Assembly: GCA_963693365.1 (NCBI GenBank)
Contig: CAVNZM010000006.1
Location: 3,162,001 to 3,226,000, forward strand
Reading direction: 5' to 3'
Source: Amoebidium appalachense
Lineage: Eukaryota; Protista; Ichthyosporea
Length of the DNA stretch: 64,000 nt
Shown piece by piece: positions 1 through 40,432 of the stretch. Each line of letters begins with the position of its first letter. The first letter of the stretch is position 1. The notes beneath the pieces were generated by a model. It was not told where the DNA came from. It did no database searches and was given only the letters and a program-made list of their open reading frames with translations. The translations under genes were made by a program, and so were the position numbers.

Positions 1-1624
1 TTCCGAGACCCCCTACCGGGCCTAGTAGGCCCCGAAGCATGTAAAGTGTCGCTATGTATTAGGTTAGGAGGCATTGATGTTGGTACTGGAGCTTTATAGG
101 CCTCGACAAACAGATTAGTATTGAGTATTAGTAGCTACATATATGGAAGCAGAGATCTTTCAGAGCACCATGATGATTATAAACCTAACCCCGCAAGCAT
201 CAACATGCATCCATCAGGCACTGGCCGGCATGCATGCGCATGATGCGTGCATGCACCTACATCACATAAATGTACGGGCATGCAGCATGACTTTTAATCA
301 ATAAAAATGCATACAACACTCTTAACGCACGACCGTAAATGAAAAGGCTGTATACGCAATAATAATACTATCACTTTTTATTTTTAAAAAGAGTGTTTTT
401 GTCTTACCAACACGTGTGCGAAACGTGTAGGACGCCACGAAACACAACTTCTTTGAATGTAGACGAATGGAAAGAAGCAGCCTCTCGATTGCTGTGGCCA
501 TCCCTATTGGTGGATCTCAAATGTCAATTGGATCTGTGTATTACATAAACCATTATGATTGGGTCGTACCAATTCTACTTCCACAACACCAATCACAAAC
601 GCATATGCCAATCCTTTTTGATAGCGACGTGCATTCCTTAGGAAATAGGTGGTGCCGTTTAAGCCAATCAGATACTTGAACGTTTTTGATTGGTTGTTGC
701 CCGAGAGAGAGAATTGGCCAACCACGCGCGACACACAACAACCTTTCAAGTCTTCAAAAGTTGTTGTTTATCAAGCCAGAAAAAACAATTATACAAGCAT
801 TTGTTCTGAATCGCGCCAGAGAATCAATTTACAATATGTATTTAGACAACACTACAACTGTTTAAGATATAAAAACGAGGACATTGATTGTGCATTCATG
901 ATACGGTCATATTGGTTGCCCTGTGCATGCATGCCCCGGCCGAGCACGACACGTCTTTGTGCGTGTGGCACCGTACCAATTTGTCCACCGCAGCATGCCA
1001 CAGTCCCGTGCGGCGAGAGCCCAGCCTCTAGTACGCGGTACGGGTCATTATCTCTGCTCGTGCCTGACGGGGTGCACACTTCACGTGTGGTTTTGCCGCT
1101 TAGTACTCTATTAGTTAGTTGGGGATTGACTTGAAACCTCACAAACTGCACATAGTGGGCTAGGCCATTCTGAAACCGGACGGGATTCGAATCATTTTTC
1201 ACATGCGGCACTAATTAGTTGGTTTTCCAATATACTGTGTTAACGACACTGTAGAAACATTTCCGTGACCAGTGCATTTATACAGTAGAGGGTCTCATTC
1301 ACCGTACTTGGCCTATATTCGTATCAACAGTAGTGTGACTCCAAGTGCGTTCCAACAAAAGTTTATGGACTAAGTACTTCATGCCCATATGCATGCACCT
1401 CACGGTCTCACATATCGGGCTGCAAGGTGTGTTGTAGTGATTCAATGTACTTGGCACACCGTCACGTATACGCGTAAAGACTAAAATTATTCACTTATAA
1501 ACATGGAGCTTTCGCTGGCGAAATGAACCAGCGTTGCTACGCTTTAAAAGTTCTGCAAAGATACTGTGACACGACCCATGCATTTTAGCAATAATTAGCC
1601 GTAGCATTAGTGATAGCTAGAAGC

Positions 1625-3706
1625 ATGAACAAAACGCAAAAAGGCAGTGGGCCGGGGTACCTGGGGCTACCTGCGAGCAGCATCTACCCCTTAACCCCAC
1701 CCGAGAGTCCTGTAGGTCAGGAACTCACCGTCGGACCTGGACCCGGTGCAGCGATTCTACCCACACCTACCCTTCATTCTCGCCCACCCCTTCTTGGTCA
1801 GAAGCCCACACTTAGCCCATCCCACACTGGTAGTCAGCGAGGTGCTTTACCACACACAGCCAGTTACGCGCAACAACGACGGTCAGCTCCTTCTGTTAGC
1901 GGACCTCTTCCTTTTACAAATTCACGCTTGCCATCCTCCTATCTACCAACACACAATTTTTCCTTGCGCCGCCATACGGCCACGACAGCCGCTACTTCCA
2001 CACCCAATGACAACAATGTTGCGTCTGGGGACGAATCAGTACATGCCCAGCCCCTGCCGCCTGGCTTCTACACTATAGGTGCACAGACACTTATGAACGC
2101 ACTGAACGAGAGAGTCTCCCAGTCAGCATGCGCGAAAAATGAACCCGCGACCACGTTAGCAAAGGCCAAACCACGACCACCGTCGCTCAATACCATCCAG
2201 CCTTCACCACCCAACCACACATCACAAACCCCCTCGTCAAATGCACCCAGTACGGTAACTGAAACAGCAACAACAGACCGCATGGAAAACGGATCACAAG
2301 GGAAACCCGCCAAGCGAACTGATGGGGCAGCAGGTGCGGAGGATAAAATGTCCACAAACCGGAAGGGGAAAACAGGAAATACCGGTTCCAATACCTCACC
2401 TGTCCGTTCAGCAAACACACCAACACGCGCAATGTCCCCAGGGGGGTGTTCTTCGTTGGGCTGTAGCAGTTGTAGCGACACAGAGCCAGACTCCACCCCA
2501 CCAGGCAGCCGACCTTTATCTACCGACGGTAGTGGGACTTTGGATGTGTCCGTTGGAGATGTTGAGGGAGGTGAGGGTGAGGGTGGCAATGAGGGGGGCA
2601 GGCGAAGGCACTCTCTCGATGCGATTAATTTTTCGCAGGACTGGGTATATGATGTCCCCTCGTTCATGCGGCGTGCACGGTTGCACAAATACACACCGGA
2701 GCTTGTCAAGCATGATGTCACGTTTGAGCGGCTCTTGAGGATGACCAACGAAGACCTTTTGGCCGTGGGGATAGTCACAAAGGGCGCACGGACGCGCATG
2801 CTCCAGTTCATCTCCAAATACAACAGGTACATGACCGAACTCGAGGGGTCTCCCCTTGGTTTTTCTTCTGATGGGCTCAGTGCATGCGGTACCCCTTCCT
2901 CCATAGATTCACCCCTGTCGGATGCTTCAATCGCCAGCCCGATCCCGACCCGATTAGGCGCCACAAGCGAAAAACGGGTCGGACCACGTCGTAGTTCGGC
3001 GCCTACCACGGCTAATGCATGGGTCACCCCAAGTTTGGGTGTTGCGTTTGCCATGCACCTGGTTGCTAAGGAGGCCGGGGCAGATCTCGACAGCATGGCA
3101 ACACTAACGGAGGAGGAGGACGTGGGCCATTTCCGATTGGACGCCAAAATCGAGGATGAGGGGGAGAAGCTTCTAGATCTTATCGATGTGCAGGATGTAC
3201 CTGACACCAACACGGAAACAACACAGATTACCGAGGGTGGAGATGAGTTAACAGCCCCTGGCCACACGAGAACGGGTAGTAGCAGCCTCCCTCAATCTCG
3301 CTCAAATTCCGTCGGTCTCGCTACTCCACGCCACAGTCGCCGGCGGTCCCCGACGGGTAGTCTTTTCCACTGGGGTAGTTTGGAGCTCTTGCATTTTGCC
3401 GGCTCAGGCTCGGAACGTTCATCCGAGGGCGGCTCTGCCCCTGATTCTCGGCGGAGTTCCTTCGAACCAATTGGCTCCCCATCTGGGTCGCGTCGTTCGT
3501 CCGGAAATACGGTAGGAAGTGAGCATGGGGGGAGCGGTAACTTTAGAAGGCAGTCTTCGTTGGTGCCTGCGCAATATAGAAGTCAGGGAGGGGGAGATGA
3601 GGGTAACAGCCCAGCACACACCATGGCGCCCAGTAATGTGGCTCAGTGGCTGGAGAGTAACAGGCGGTGGTCTGGTATCAACACCGTTAGCTCGGTACCT
3701 ACTTAA
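1625..3706 (+). CDS. Intronless Smaug/Vts1-type SAM-domain RNA-binding protein (mostly low-complexity Ser/Pro-rich)
   Basis: About 693-aa ORF from ATG 1625 to TAA, free of microsatellites. The central segment DVPSFMRRARLHKYTPEL...TNEDLLAVGIVTKGARTRMLQFI matches the Smaug/SAMD4/Vts1 SAM signature (RLHKY, TKGAR). Confidence 0.85.
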   Translation: MNKTQKGSGPGYLGLPASSIYPLTPPESPVGQELTVGPGPGAAILPTPTLHSRPPLLGQKPTLSPSHTGSQRGALPHTASYAQQRRSAPSVSGPLPFTNSRLPSSYLPTHNFSLRRHTATTAATSTPNDNNVASGDESVHAQPLPPGFYTIGAQTLMNALNERVSQSACAKNEPATTLAKAKPRPPSLNTIQPSPPNHTSQTPSSNAPSTVTETATTDRMENGSQGKPAKRTDGAAGAEDKMSTNRKGKTGNTGSNTSPVRSANTPTRAMSPGGCSSLGCSSCSDTEPDSTPPGSRPLSTDGSGTLDVSVGDVEGGEGEGGNEGGRRRHSLDAINFSQDWVYDVPSFMRRARLHKYTPELVKHDVTFERLLRMTNEDLLAVGIVTKGARTRMLQFISKYNRYMTELEGSPLGFSSDGLSACGTPSSIDSPLSDASIASPIPTRLGATSEKRVGPRRSSAPTTANAWVTPSLGVAFAMHLVAKEAGADLDSMATLTEEEDVGHFRLDAKIEDEGEKLLDLIDVQDVPDTNTETTQITEGGDELTAPGHTRTGSSSLPQSRSNSVGLATPRHSRRRSPTGSLFHWGSLELLHFAGSGSERSSEGGSAPDSRRSSFEPIGSPSGSRRSSGNTVGSEHGGSGNFRRQSSLVPAQYRSQGGGDEGNSPAHTMAPSNVAQWLESNRRWSGINTVSSVPT

Positions 3707-4124
3707 TTAGCCAATGGGATTGTAGTGTTAAATTCGCTGAATGTGGGGCATGGCATGATGCTTCGAGTACACGTCTAGGTTTTGTAATAACCAATGGTAG
3801 AGTATTTCTATTTGATAAATTGTTACTGCTGTAGTGTTTTGGTTGGTGCACAGCCACTCTGAACGAATTCCAGATTACATACACTTACCCTAACACATGC
3901 TTTGTTCGCTTGCCTTTCTCGCAGTTTGATTCCTCTTCACGCGCGTTGCATGTTTTTGACGATTGCGGGACAGAATACCTTTGAAGCACTTAGCCTGGTG
4001 ATGGTTTCTAACGTTTAGATGGTAGGCAATGGGTATAGGCTAGGTACAAGGACCACCAATTCACTGTGTGCATACCACAGCGCATATCCGTGATTACAAA
4101 CACCGTGATAGTTGAACGATGGCA

Positions 4125-4192
<68 letters not shown>

Positions 4193-4373
4193 GTACCTCC
4201 TTCCCTCCCCTCTTCCCCGACCCCCCCCTCCCCACACACAAACGCACACACACTCAAACACAATATAATACCCCAAAACAAGAACGAAGGGCTTATAATT
4301 ATATCAGTGTTGTGTGCGGGGCCTTGGTAAAAAAAAGCACCGTGTTCAATTTTATTATTAGACGAACCCTCCC

Positions 4374-4409
<36 letters not shown>

Positions 4410-4907
4410 GTACCCTCCGCTTCGAGCTCGAAGTTCGTCCGGTTTTTGTAGGGTGCTTTGCTCCCCCCCCCCCCCCCCCCCCCCCTCGCCCCCCCCGCGG
4501 CTTCCAATCCGCCAGCTGCAGTACCACCGCCCTCACATCTATACATACACGCGTACGGCGGAGATCCCCTCCCCCCCTCCCCCCCCCCCCCTCCCCCTCC
4601 CCCCCCCCAACACACACACGCACACAAACAAATACACGTACGGTGGATATTCCCCTCCTCCTCCCCCACCCACCCACCCAAACACCCACACCCACATGCC
4701 CCCAACCACACCTCCACACACACATCCACATTCACACGTGGTATGTGCCACAAAGCTCCCTACTGCACAATAGATTTCCGCGCGGAGTCACTATTTTTGG
4801 AGCTCTTGCCCAACATCGAACGATTCCCATCATTTTTTTTTTGGTATCTTTTCCAGTGGGAGAGAGATACAGGGTGGGGGTGGTGGTGGTTGGGTGGGTG
4901 GATGTGT

Positions 4908-4958
<51 letters not shown>

Positions 4959-5267
4959 GGGGGGGGGAGGGGGGGAGAGGGGGGGAGGGGGGGGGGGGGG
5001 GGAGTGTTGCAAGTCTAAACGGCATGTGTGGTAATTTGGATTCGTTTATGCTGGTCCAGCCAGCGACAGATATTCAACCACAAAGGAACAAAAAAAAGAC
5101 ATTGAAGCCAACACAAATCATGTGAGGGATGGCTGTTTTAAAACTTAATATAAATAAAAACCATTGATGGACGTCGTACGACGCCATTGCCTGGCAAATT
5201 TTATCTATGGTAGCTAGCAATAATGGGTAAGTTTTTCATGCTTTGCATCAACATGCACCAATGTGTG

Positions 5268-5335
<68 letters not shown>

Positions 5336-5659
5336 CGCGTGCATATGTCCTTCACTATTATCCGTGGGTGTGCCATCGATCGATCCCCCACCCAACCATT
5401 CAGATACCAAGGTCCCCACAAAAATAAAAAAACAACCACTGATTAAAAAAAATTCCCCCCCTCCCTGCCCGCCCACCTCCCCGCCAACCTATGCTTCCGG
5501 GAGAAATTAGACGCAAGGTCCGGGGGAAACTCAGCAAAATCACCCATTCAAAGGAAAGGTCACCATCCAAAGTGAAATAGGCTGAGCTCCCCCCCCCCAA
5601 AAAAAAATCCTCCTCCTCCCCTCCCCTTTTCCCTATCCCCCTCTCTCTCCGATCAAACA

Positions 5660-11125
<5,466 letters not shown>

Positions 11126-12264
11126 GTTGTAGAGAACACCTACCCAAGAGGAAACGAAAACGCTTCAAGGTTGGTGAATTTGGAAGAGTAGAGGAATGTA
11201 AAACGGCTGATTCAAAGGGCTATCTTTTTTTTGTTGTCAGCTCAGCATCATGGGTACAGTGTGACGCCCACTAGTGATGTACCCACATAAGTAGGTGTAT
11301 TGTTGGTGTTTTTATTGGTGTTATTATGTGTATCTGCAATGGGTTCTTTTCCAACTCTGTCACAACCAAAAACCACTCAGATGGCATCAACTGAGTTTCA
11401 GTTCTAATTAGCTGAGAAACAGTTGACACTGTGAAACGGTTGACTTGACGTGTTCAATACAAACCAATGGAAACAAAGGATGCAAATTTTGGCGGAATAA
11501 ATAAACCAATCAAAAATTGCAAATGACGTCAATTTTTTTAATATCTCCTAACACTCTTTTAAAAGAAGGCTGAACGTTTACGGCCGCAGTGAGTTACTGC
11601 ATGCGTTTGTGATTTTATGTTGCTTCTCCACACAAGAAGAAGAAGGTATACCGTTATTTCTTTCAGTAATAAAACTTATTAATAGGAAATTGGCATTTTT
11701 GTTTATGTACAAGGGAGATGTAAGTATTGGGGTTCATCATTCTACCAAATTTCATCAAATATGTAAAAAGTAGATTGTTGTAAGTTGATGCCCTGAGGAG
11801 CCTGACGCACAAAAGCCGATTTATGGTGACAATCTGTCGCGTCATTGGTTGGATACGCACCCGCAGGTTTCCCTGGCAAATTAATTAGGACACGTTTTCA
11901 ACTGAAGAGAGAGTAGTAGTAGCGAGCTTATTAGCTGGGTGTCTTTTGAGCCAGTTCCATATACATATACCTAAGTTGATGTGTTATAACTCATTTATAT
12001 TCTGGAGTTACGTTGTAAGCGGGCGTAGGGTTCTGGCTTTATGTACCTGGTTGATTTTGGGGCAAATGCACCATGGGTCCTATTCTCTTCCGCTTGTGAT
12101 AGTGTAAGGAAATTCTCAGCAAAACAACTTGCAGCACGCATGGTGTAACTCACAAGATTTGCACGTGACTATACTTCTCTACTTATTACAAGACCCAACT
12201 TATTCATCTAGGACAAATACACAGCCACATACATAACACCGCGCTAGCTTTCCGTATAACCATC
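11126..12264. promoter_or_regulatory. Probable divergent promoter region (LRR1 / orphan ORF)
   Basis: Head-to-head starts 1.1 kb apart; microsatellite-free; CCAAT (~11506) and TGACGTCA (~11524) motifs. Function inferred only. Confidence 0.4.
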
Positions 12265-13101
12265 ATGGAGCAACAGGATGGGTGCTCTGATCGCATCCCT
12301 GTCTTTCAGATGCAAGTTGAAGTCACACCACGTACACACGCAGACACGGATAGCACTGCCCCCAATAAACTACCACGACGCCATCCCTCGGCCCCACCAA
12401 CGTCAAGCTCCGTAGAAGAATTAATTCGCACAGAGATGTTCCATTCACCGTCAGCGCATTCACTGATTGAAACCTATGACTCACTGTGTGCACTTAACAG
12501 TCAGAGCCGCCGGTCATGCAGTTCAACTGACCTACCAAACTCACACCCTAATTTCTCAACATCATTTCGTAACGCATTCTCGCGCGACAGGCCAGGATCC
12601 TTCCTCGAAACCTTTTCTCCTCGAAGATCTCGCAGAAGAAAAGACTCCAAAGAAGCTGAAAACATCAGCGCACCTCAACTTGTTTCGGCTTCCTTCTTCC
12701 TACCAGACCGTGGTATTGATTCGGAAACAACTAGCCCCGTGGCCCTCCATTCCAAACCGCTACTTGAAAAGATCGGAGATGCGGTCTCGGTGCCAGCGGA
12801 GCATTTTGAGCGTTTGTCATCTGTCAGAAGGAGCTTCATCAAAGAAAAGAAATTGTCGACGGACGCACAGAGTGTAACCCCACCGCCCATAAGTGAGCCA
12901 CTGCAGGTGCAAGAGGTAGTGCGATTGCAGGAAGTGAGCGATGGGAGACTGGGGGAGGGCGTGAAAAAATTGCTAAATCTATATGTGGCACAGAGGCCGG
13001 AGTGGGGAAGTGATGAGGCGAGGTTGGAATTGTGGAGGATTGCAGAGATGTTGGAAGCACATGGCGAGAGCGAGGCTCAAAACCCTGCAGATGTGGCGTA
13101 A
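12265..13101 (+). CDS. Intronless hypothetical protein, 278 aa
   Basis: ATG-TAA ORF with protein-like composition (Ser/Arg-rich N-terminus, helical-looking C-terminus LGEGVKKLLNLYVAQRPEW..LELWRIAEML); no family recognised. Confidence 0.65.
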   Translation: MEQQDGCSDRIPVFQMQVEVTPRTHADTDSTAPNKLPRRHPSAPPTSSSVEELIRTEMFHSPSAHSLIETYDSLCALNSQSRRSCSSTDLPNSHPNFSTSFRNAFSRDRPGSFLETFSPRRSRRRKDSKEAENISAPQLVSASFFLPDRGIDSETTSPVALHSKPLLEKIGDAVSVPAEHFERLSSVRRSFIKEKKLSTDAQSVTPPPISEPLQVQEVVRLQEVSDGRLGEGVKKLLNLYVAQRPEWGSDEARLELWRIAEMLEAHGESEAQNPADVA

Positions 13102-14029
13102 GCATGACTCCACGACAACATGCAAGGCATTTTGCGAAAGTTTCCACCTCGCTTATTCTGAAAAAACTTAATTAATGTGTCATGGTCAGTTTTGTTCATA
13201 CCACAAGTAGCTACAGACACTGCTAAATCATCACAGGAATTTCTCTTTTGCTTTCTTTTAGTCTGAAACCACAAGAAGAAAGCCATTATTAATTCGCTAA
13301 ATTCGGTCCAAAGGCTACTTGTTTTTGCACACGTGTACAGCCTTGAGATACGAGAAAACTGCGGAAAAGTATAAAGAATAATATTGTGTGTACAGCTCAG
13401 TTAAATTTTTGGTGTAGCCATGCAAGCGCAAGAACCTTGTACTAAGTATCGTCCACAGTTGATCAAATTATCAAACCCATGCCAGGTTTACTGTACGGAC
13501 GCCTGAGAATTCGATCAAGTAGTTGTGATTTGAATTTGTGTTTTATAATTGAATTTGCGATTGGTGGGGTGGGTATATATGTACCATAGCTGGGGGTAAT
13601 GCATGAGAGGGGAAGCCTGGATACACCACTTTGATTTTGATGTCTGATTGTACGAAAGTTGATTTTAAATGTACTTACACGGGACCCATATGTAATGCGG
13701 CCAGTTTGTGACAACAGAGTGGCACAGTGATCGTTGTCTTTTGCAGACTTCATCCCGGCTGGGGCACAATTGTACAAGTTGGAAATTGCTGTACATACAT
13801 TGTTTTGATGCCGGCAGTAAATTGTTGGGACTTCCTAAGGCATCTTGCAATGTGGATATCTTCAAAGCTCAACCCCCCCCCCCCTGGCCAGGCTGGCAAT
13901 GGTAATGTGCTTCGCAACAATCAGTAATGGTGTTAAAATTTTGGGTGGGCGCGCGCAGGAGGGGGTGGGTGGGTGGGTGGGTGGGTGGGTGGTGGTTGTG
14001 GTTGTGGTGGTGGTGGTGGTGGTGGTGGT

Positions 14030-14066
<37 letters not shown>

Positions 14067-14338
14067 AGGGGAGAGGTTGGAAGAAATGGGAGGTGGAACG
14101 AGCGGGAGAGATCGTACGTGTGTGTTGATTGACTCAGGTGATCATGATACACGACTTTTTACCAGGTTCTTTTTCAAAAACTAGCGTGCCTTCATATCTG
14201 AATACCGACAACATATCTGGAAGAAGCGAATGATTCATTGGTCATGATTTATTGGTCAGCACACCCGGTATGTGCAGAGCATACTTACAAAAGTAAAACA
14301 AAACTGTAAAATACTTCCGCACCTACATACTAACATTA

Positions 14339-15301
14339 CAGTAGATTCCCCTAATTCGGAACACCCCCTAATTCGGAACACCGCTCGTCTCGATGGACAT
14401 AAAAACCTATAAAAATGACAGTATTTTTATATGGTTGGGTAGGGGAGTACCAGCCCTACAAAGAGGTACCAAGAACAGGTTGTTTGTATGTATAAAAGTG
14501 GTTCCTGTCAGCGCCGATGCCGGCGGATTCTGTTGGATTCAGCGAGCATCATTAATAGAAACACAAGGCTTGCAATGGAAGAGAATCTTTGTAGCACTTA
14601 ACATCTACTGGTAGAAATGCATAACTAAGAAAGTTACGTTATGAAGAACGTTTGGTATTATGAAACATGGGCTCTACTTCTTCGAGCACCTAACAAGGTG
14701 TTGAAAGTTGAGAGTACAAGACCGGTAGGTGGCCGGGCGGGGGCACGATCAAATTTTCAGGCGGGAGCCGCCGCGCGGCCGCCGGCCCGCTGTAGGTTTA
14801 GTGATCTTCAAGTTCAACACCTTGTTAGGTACTCGAAAAAGTAGAGCTACCACATATAGTAAATAATAAAAAACATTTTTAGTTATAATTATTTTTCAAT
14901 TGTGCAGTTATATTAGTATATATGAAGTGCTACAACGCATTTCTTTCATTGCAAACGTTGTTCGCTTTTCGAAGATCCCCCCAAAATGGAACACTGATTT
15001 GCATCAACAAGGGTAATTTTATTATTATACGAATTCCAATCTAATGGGGTCCATAGGAATGGCAGGTGTTCCGAATTAGGTGCGCAGTGGCGATGAGGCA
15101 TAACTGGGTCGACCACAATTGTTACTAATAAAAATTTTGTAAAACATAATAAGCTTGTAGAATAAACGCAAAATATCAATTATATATGTATTTTCTTCGT
15201 TCCCATGATTTTTGTTTTGCATATTTCATATCAAAAATAGCATTTTTTGATCACGCAAAAGTAGGTACCTCTTAGGTGTTCCGAATTAGGGGAATCTACT
15301 G
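14339..15301. mobile_element. Non-autonomous Tc1/mariner-pogo-type DNA transposon (MITE)
   Basis: 27-bp perfect TIR cagtagattcccctaattcggaacacc / ggtgttccgaattaggggaatctactg; left flank TA, right flank TG (mutated TA TSD); the subterminal motif cctaattcggaacacc recurs at ~14367 and (inverted) ~15065; AT-rich, no ORF. Confidence 0.9.
14671..14847. mobile_element. Small foldback MITE nested in the larger MITE
   Basis: gctctacttcttcgagcacctaacaaggtgttgaa pairs with ttcaacaccttgttaggtactcgaaaaagtagagc (35 bp, 2 mismatches, extending imperfectly to ~50 bp) around a GC-rich core; TSD unclear. Confidence 0.8.
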
Positions 15302-16019
15302 TGTTGGTGGTTGCAACCAAGAATGGAACGTATAAGTAAATGAGCAAATTCGGCAAAAACTTTAAAACTGATTCCAAATATTATTGGAGAATTATAGGCA
15401 TGGTGTTTTAAGAAATATGATGACCAATCGTTAGAACGAGAGTCCTTCAACCGGGCGTCACCGGTTTTCCTAATTTCTGTTAATTAAAGCCAATCACAAA
15501 ACAGGAAAACAGTGTTCCGCGCGCGCGCGCGCAACAAAAAAAAAAAAAAAAATTTTTTTTTCGGAGGCCATGTTGCTTGAAGGCATCCCAAATGCGCACT
15601 TCTGTGTCTTCGACACACGGCCATCTTTGCTGTTCAACAGGATGCCCGTGCTTCGACGGCTGTATGTGGGTCTAGGGCGTGTTCGTACGCGTAGCCTGGC
15701 ACGTAACATGTGATGTACGTATGTTCGGGCAGTACCAGCAAGATTGTATCTTCTATTATTCAAAACCCACCCGAAAAACCACAACACTCCGCGAGTCTAC
15801 ATCCTCTTATCCTCCCTTTCATCTCCTGCTACGCTTCACTTCGTCTATTCCTGTTTTTCGTGTACGTCATCACCATTTCTAACCTAATTTGCATCGATGG
15901 TCCCCGAAAAGTGTCCCCGGTAGATAATTTGTGAGACGATTGGCTGCTACACCAATACAAACGCACCCAGCATTGTGTTCTCTTTACCAAAGCTTTCTGT
16001 GTGCCTGCCCCCGGCGGCA

Positions 16020-16081
16020 GGGGGTGGGGGGGCTGCAGAGTGACGGTCGCCGCATTGCCATCTGAAGGGCTGGGGCCCGGG

Positions 16082-16120
<39 letters not shown>

Positions 16121-16289
16121 AGGGGAGGGGGTGGGGGGGCTGCAGAGTGACGGTCGCCGCATTGCCATCTGAAGGGCTGGGGCCCGGGCGGGGGGGGGGG
16201 GGGGGGGGGGGGGAGGGGGGGAGAAAGAGGGGAGGGGGTGGGGGGGCTGCAGAGTGACGGTCGCCGCATTGCCATCTGAAGGGCTGGGG

Positions 16290-16328
<39 letters not shown>

Positions 16329-16700
16329 GGAGGATGGGTGGGGGCCAGGGGGGAGGGGGAGGGGGGCTTTCTGGGTGCCTGCTGCCTGGTTGTGTGCGTA
16401 CGGGCGTGTGTGTGTGGTGGGGGGGGGGGGGGGGGGGGAGGAGGATGGGTGGGGGCCAGGGGGGAGGGGGAGGGAGGGGCTTTCTGGGTGCCTGCTGCCT
16501 GGTTGTGTGCGTACGGGCGTGTGTGTGTGGTGGGGGGGGGGGGGGGGGGGAGGAGGATGGGTGGGGGCCGGGGGGAGGGGGGCTTTCTGGGTGCCTGCTG
16601 CCTGGTTGTGTGCGTACGAGCGTGTGTGTGTGGTGGGGGTGGGGGGGAAGGGGGGGAGGGAGGAGAGGCTACAGGGTGATCGCTGCATCTGCCATCTGAA
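16020..16700. repeat. Two adjacent tandem triplications delimited by poly-G
   Basis: 3x gggctgcagagtgacggtcgccgcattgccatctgaagggctggggcc(G)n, then 3x gaggatgggtgggggcc..gggctttctgggtgcctgctgcctggttgtgtgcgtacg..(G)n, then a diverged copy of unit 1 at ~16667-16700. Confidence 0.9.
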
Positions 16701-17457
16701 GGGGGGGCGAGAAGGGGGGGGGGGGGGAGGGGGGCGGGTGGCAGTGCACCATGGTCAGTCAACAACTGAACCTGTTTCACCTACTCACTGCATTGGGTTG
16801 TGTCACTAAACTGCGTGTTGCAACGTGTCCAAGGCTTCAAAACATCCCCGAGAAGCTTTGTGTGGGCGCGTGAATGTTGTCTTGCCGGAAATTTTTGTCC
16901 GGGGGCAAGGGCCCGGGGGAGGGGGGGAAAGATTGAAACCCCATATGTGTACAGTAAGTCTAGAACATCCACACCCTGTGATAACTTCCCTTCCAATTGA
17001 CTCCTGCCAGCAGCAAGCACACACACTTCCGTTTTCCTTATGACCTGGACTGCCTGACTGGCGCCCGCGGCGTAGCGGGCGCCCAGACCTTCTTGTACCA
17101 ACATAAAACTTCTCACCTTAGCATTCAATACAACAGATATGGATGGGAAATCCATGCAGCAATCAATAACATCATTGGAACCCATTCGTTCAAAGAAAAA
17201 AAAAAAGAGAGAGAGACGAAGTCACGTGTGTCTTGTGTGCGTGTCCGTGCGCGCGCGTGTGAATGTGTGCATGTTCATGGAAGAGTGTGGCTTTGCGCAC
17301 GCGCGCGCGCGTGTGTGTGTGTGTGGACGAGTGTGCTTTGTGTTTTTACTTTGTGTGCACGCGCAAGCAAGTAAGCAAGCCTGCACGCCATACCTGTGTG
17401 CATGTGTGTTTTTGTGGGAGGCCCCCGGGGGGGGGGGGGGGGAGGGGGAAGAGAGGG

Positions 17458-39472
<22,015 letters not shown>

Positions 39473-40326
39473 GGTTGTGTGCACACAGTACCTCCTGCAC
39501 ACTGCAAACAGTAGAATGGTGTATGTATACTTCCGTTACATGGCCCAGTAAACAAATTTTGCAGTATAAACTTCGCCCATAGATGGGCAACTTCAGTTAC
39601 TTTCCACTACTTACTTAGCAAACTAAACTCCCTGAAGCCTCCAGTCTCAAGTTAGACCCTTTTTTTGTGACAGCTATAGCTACGGTGTTTCTAGATGGCC
39701 GTGCTACAGTTGACCACAGTCTCAGTAGTCTAAAACTTAGACCCTTCTGATGCCATTCTTGGTTTGGAAATGCCAGTAAACGTCACTATATGACGTCACA
39801 AACATGTCGGACTATATCTGGCTTGCGGTGACGCCATCCGATGTTCGTCGGCCAATGCTCGGTTTCTGGGTGCTTCATATTAGTGGACTGTGAGTGAGAC
39901 CAGCAGAACATGTACAATTGTAGTCACGGCCCTGAGGTAGTTGAACGTCGTTTGGCGAATCCAAGAATTCCACCACACGAATGTGCCAATAAGACAACCC
40001 TAGCCACTGCCTACGCGGCTGCTATATGTGGCCGTCCGACATTGGCAGGAAATGTACGCATAACTAGTAAATGCGTGGTTGAACCTCACACAGACGATGG
40101 GCGGGGAACATGCCAAGGGGCACGGGCAGGAGTGCCCTTGGCTGGTGACTGTGTGTGGGGCAGGGGGTAGGAAAAGAGGAGGAGAAAGGGAGTGTTGGGG
40201 AAGGGAGAGATGGTAAATTGAGAATTGCGGAGAGGCAAGCAAGCATGTGCAGAGAGAGCGCGAGAGCGAGAGCGAGAGAGAGAGAGAGGGGGGGGGGGGG
40301 GGGGGGGGGGGGAGGGGGGGAGGGAG

Positions 40327-40383
<57 letters not shown>

Positions 40384-40394
40384 TTTGTGTGTGC

Positions 40395-40432
<38 letters not shown>

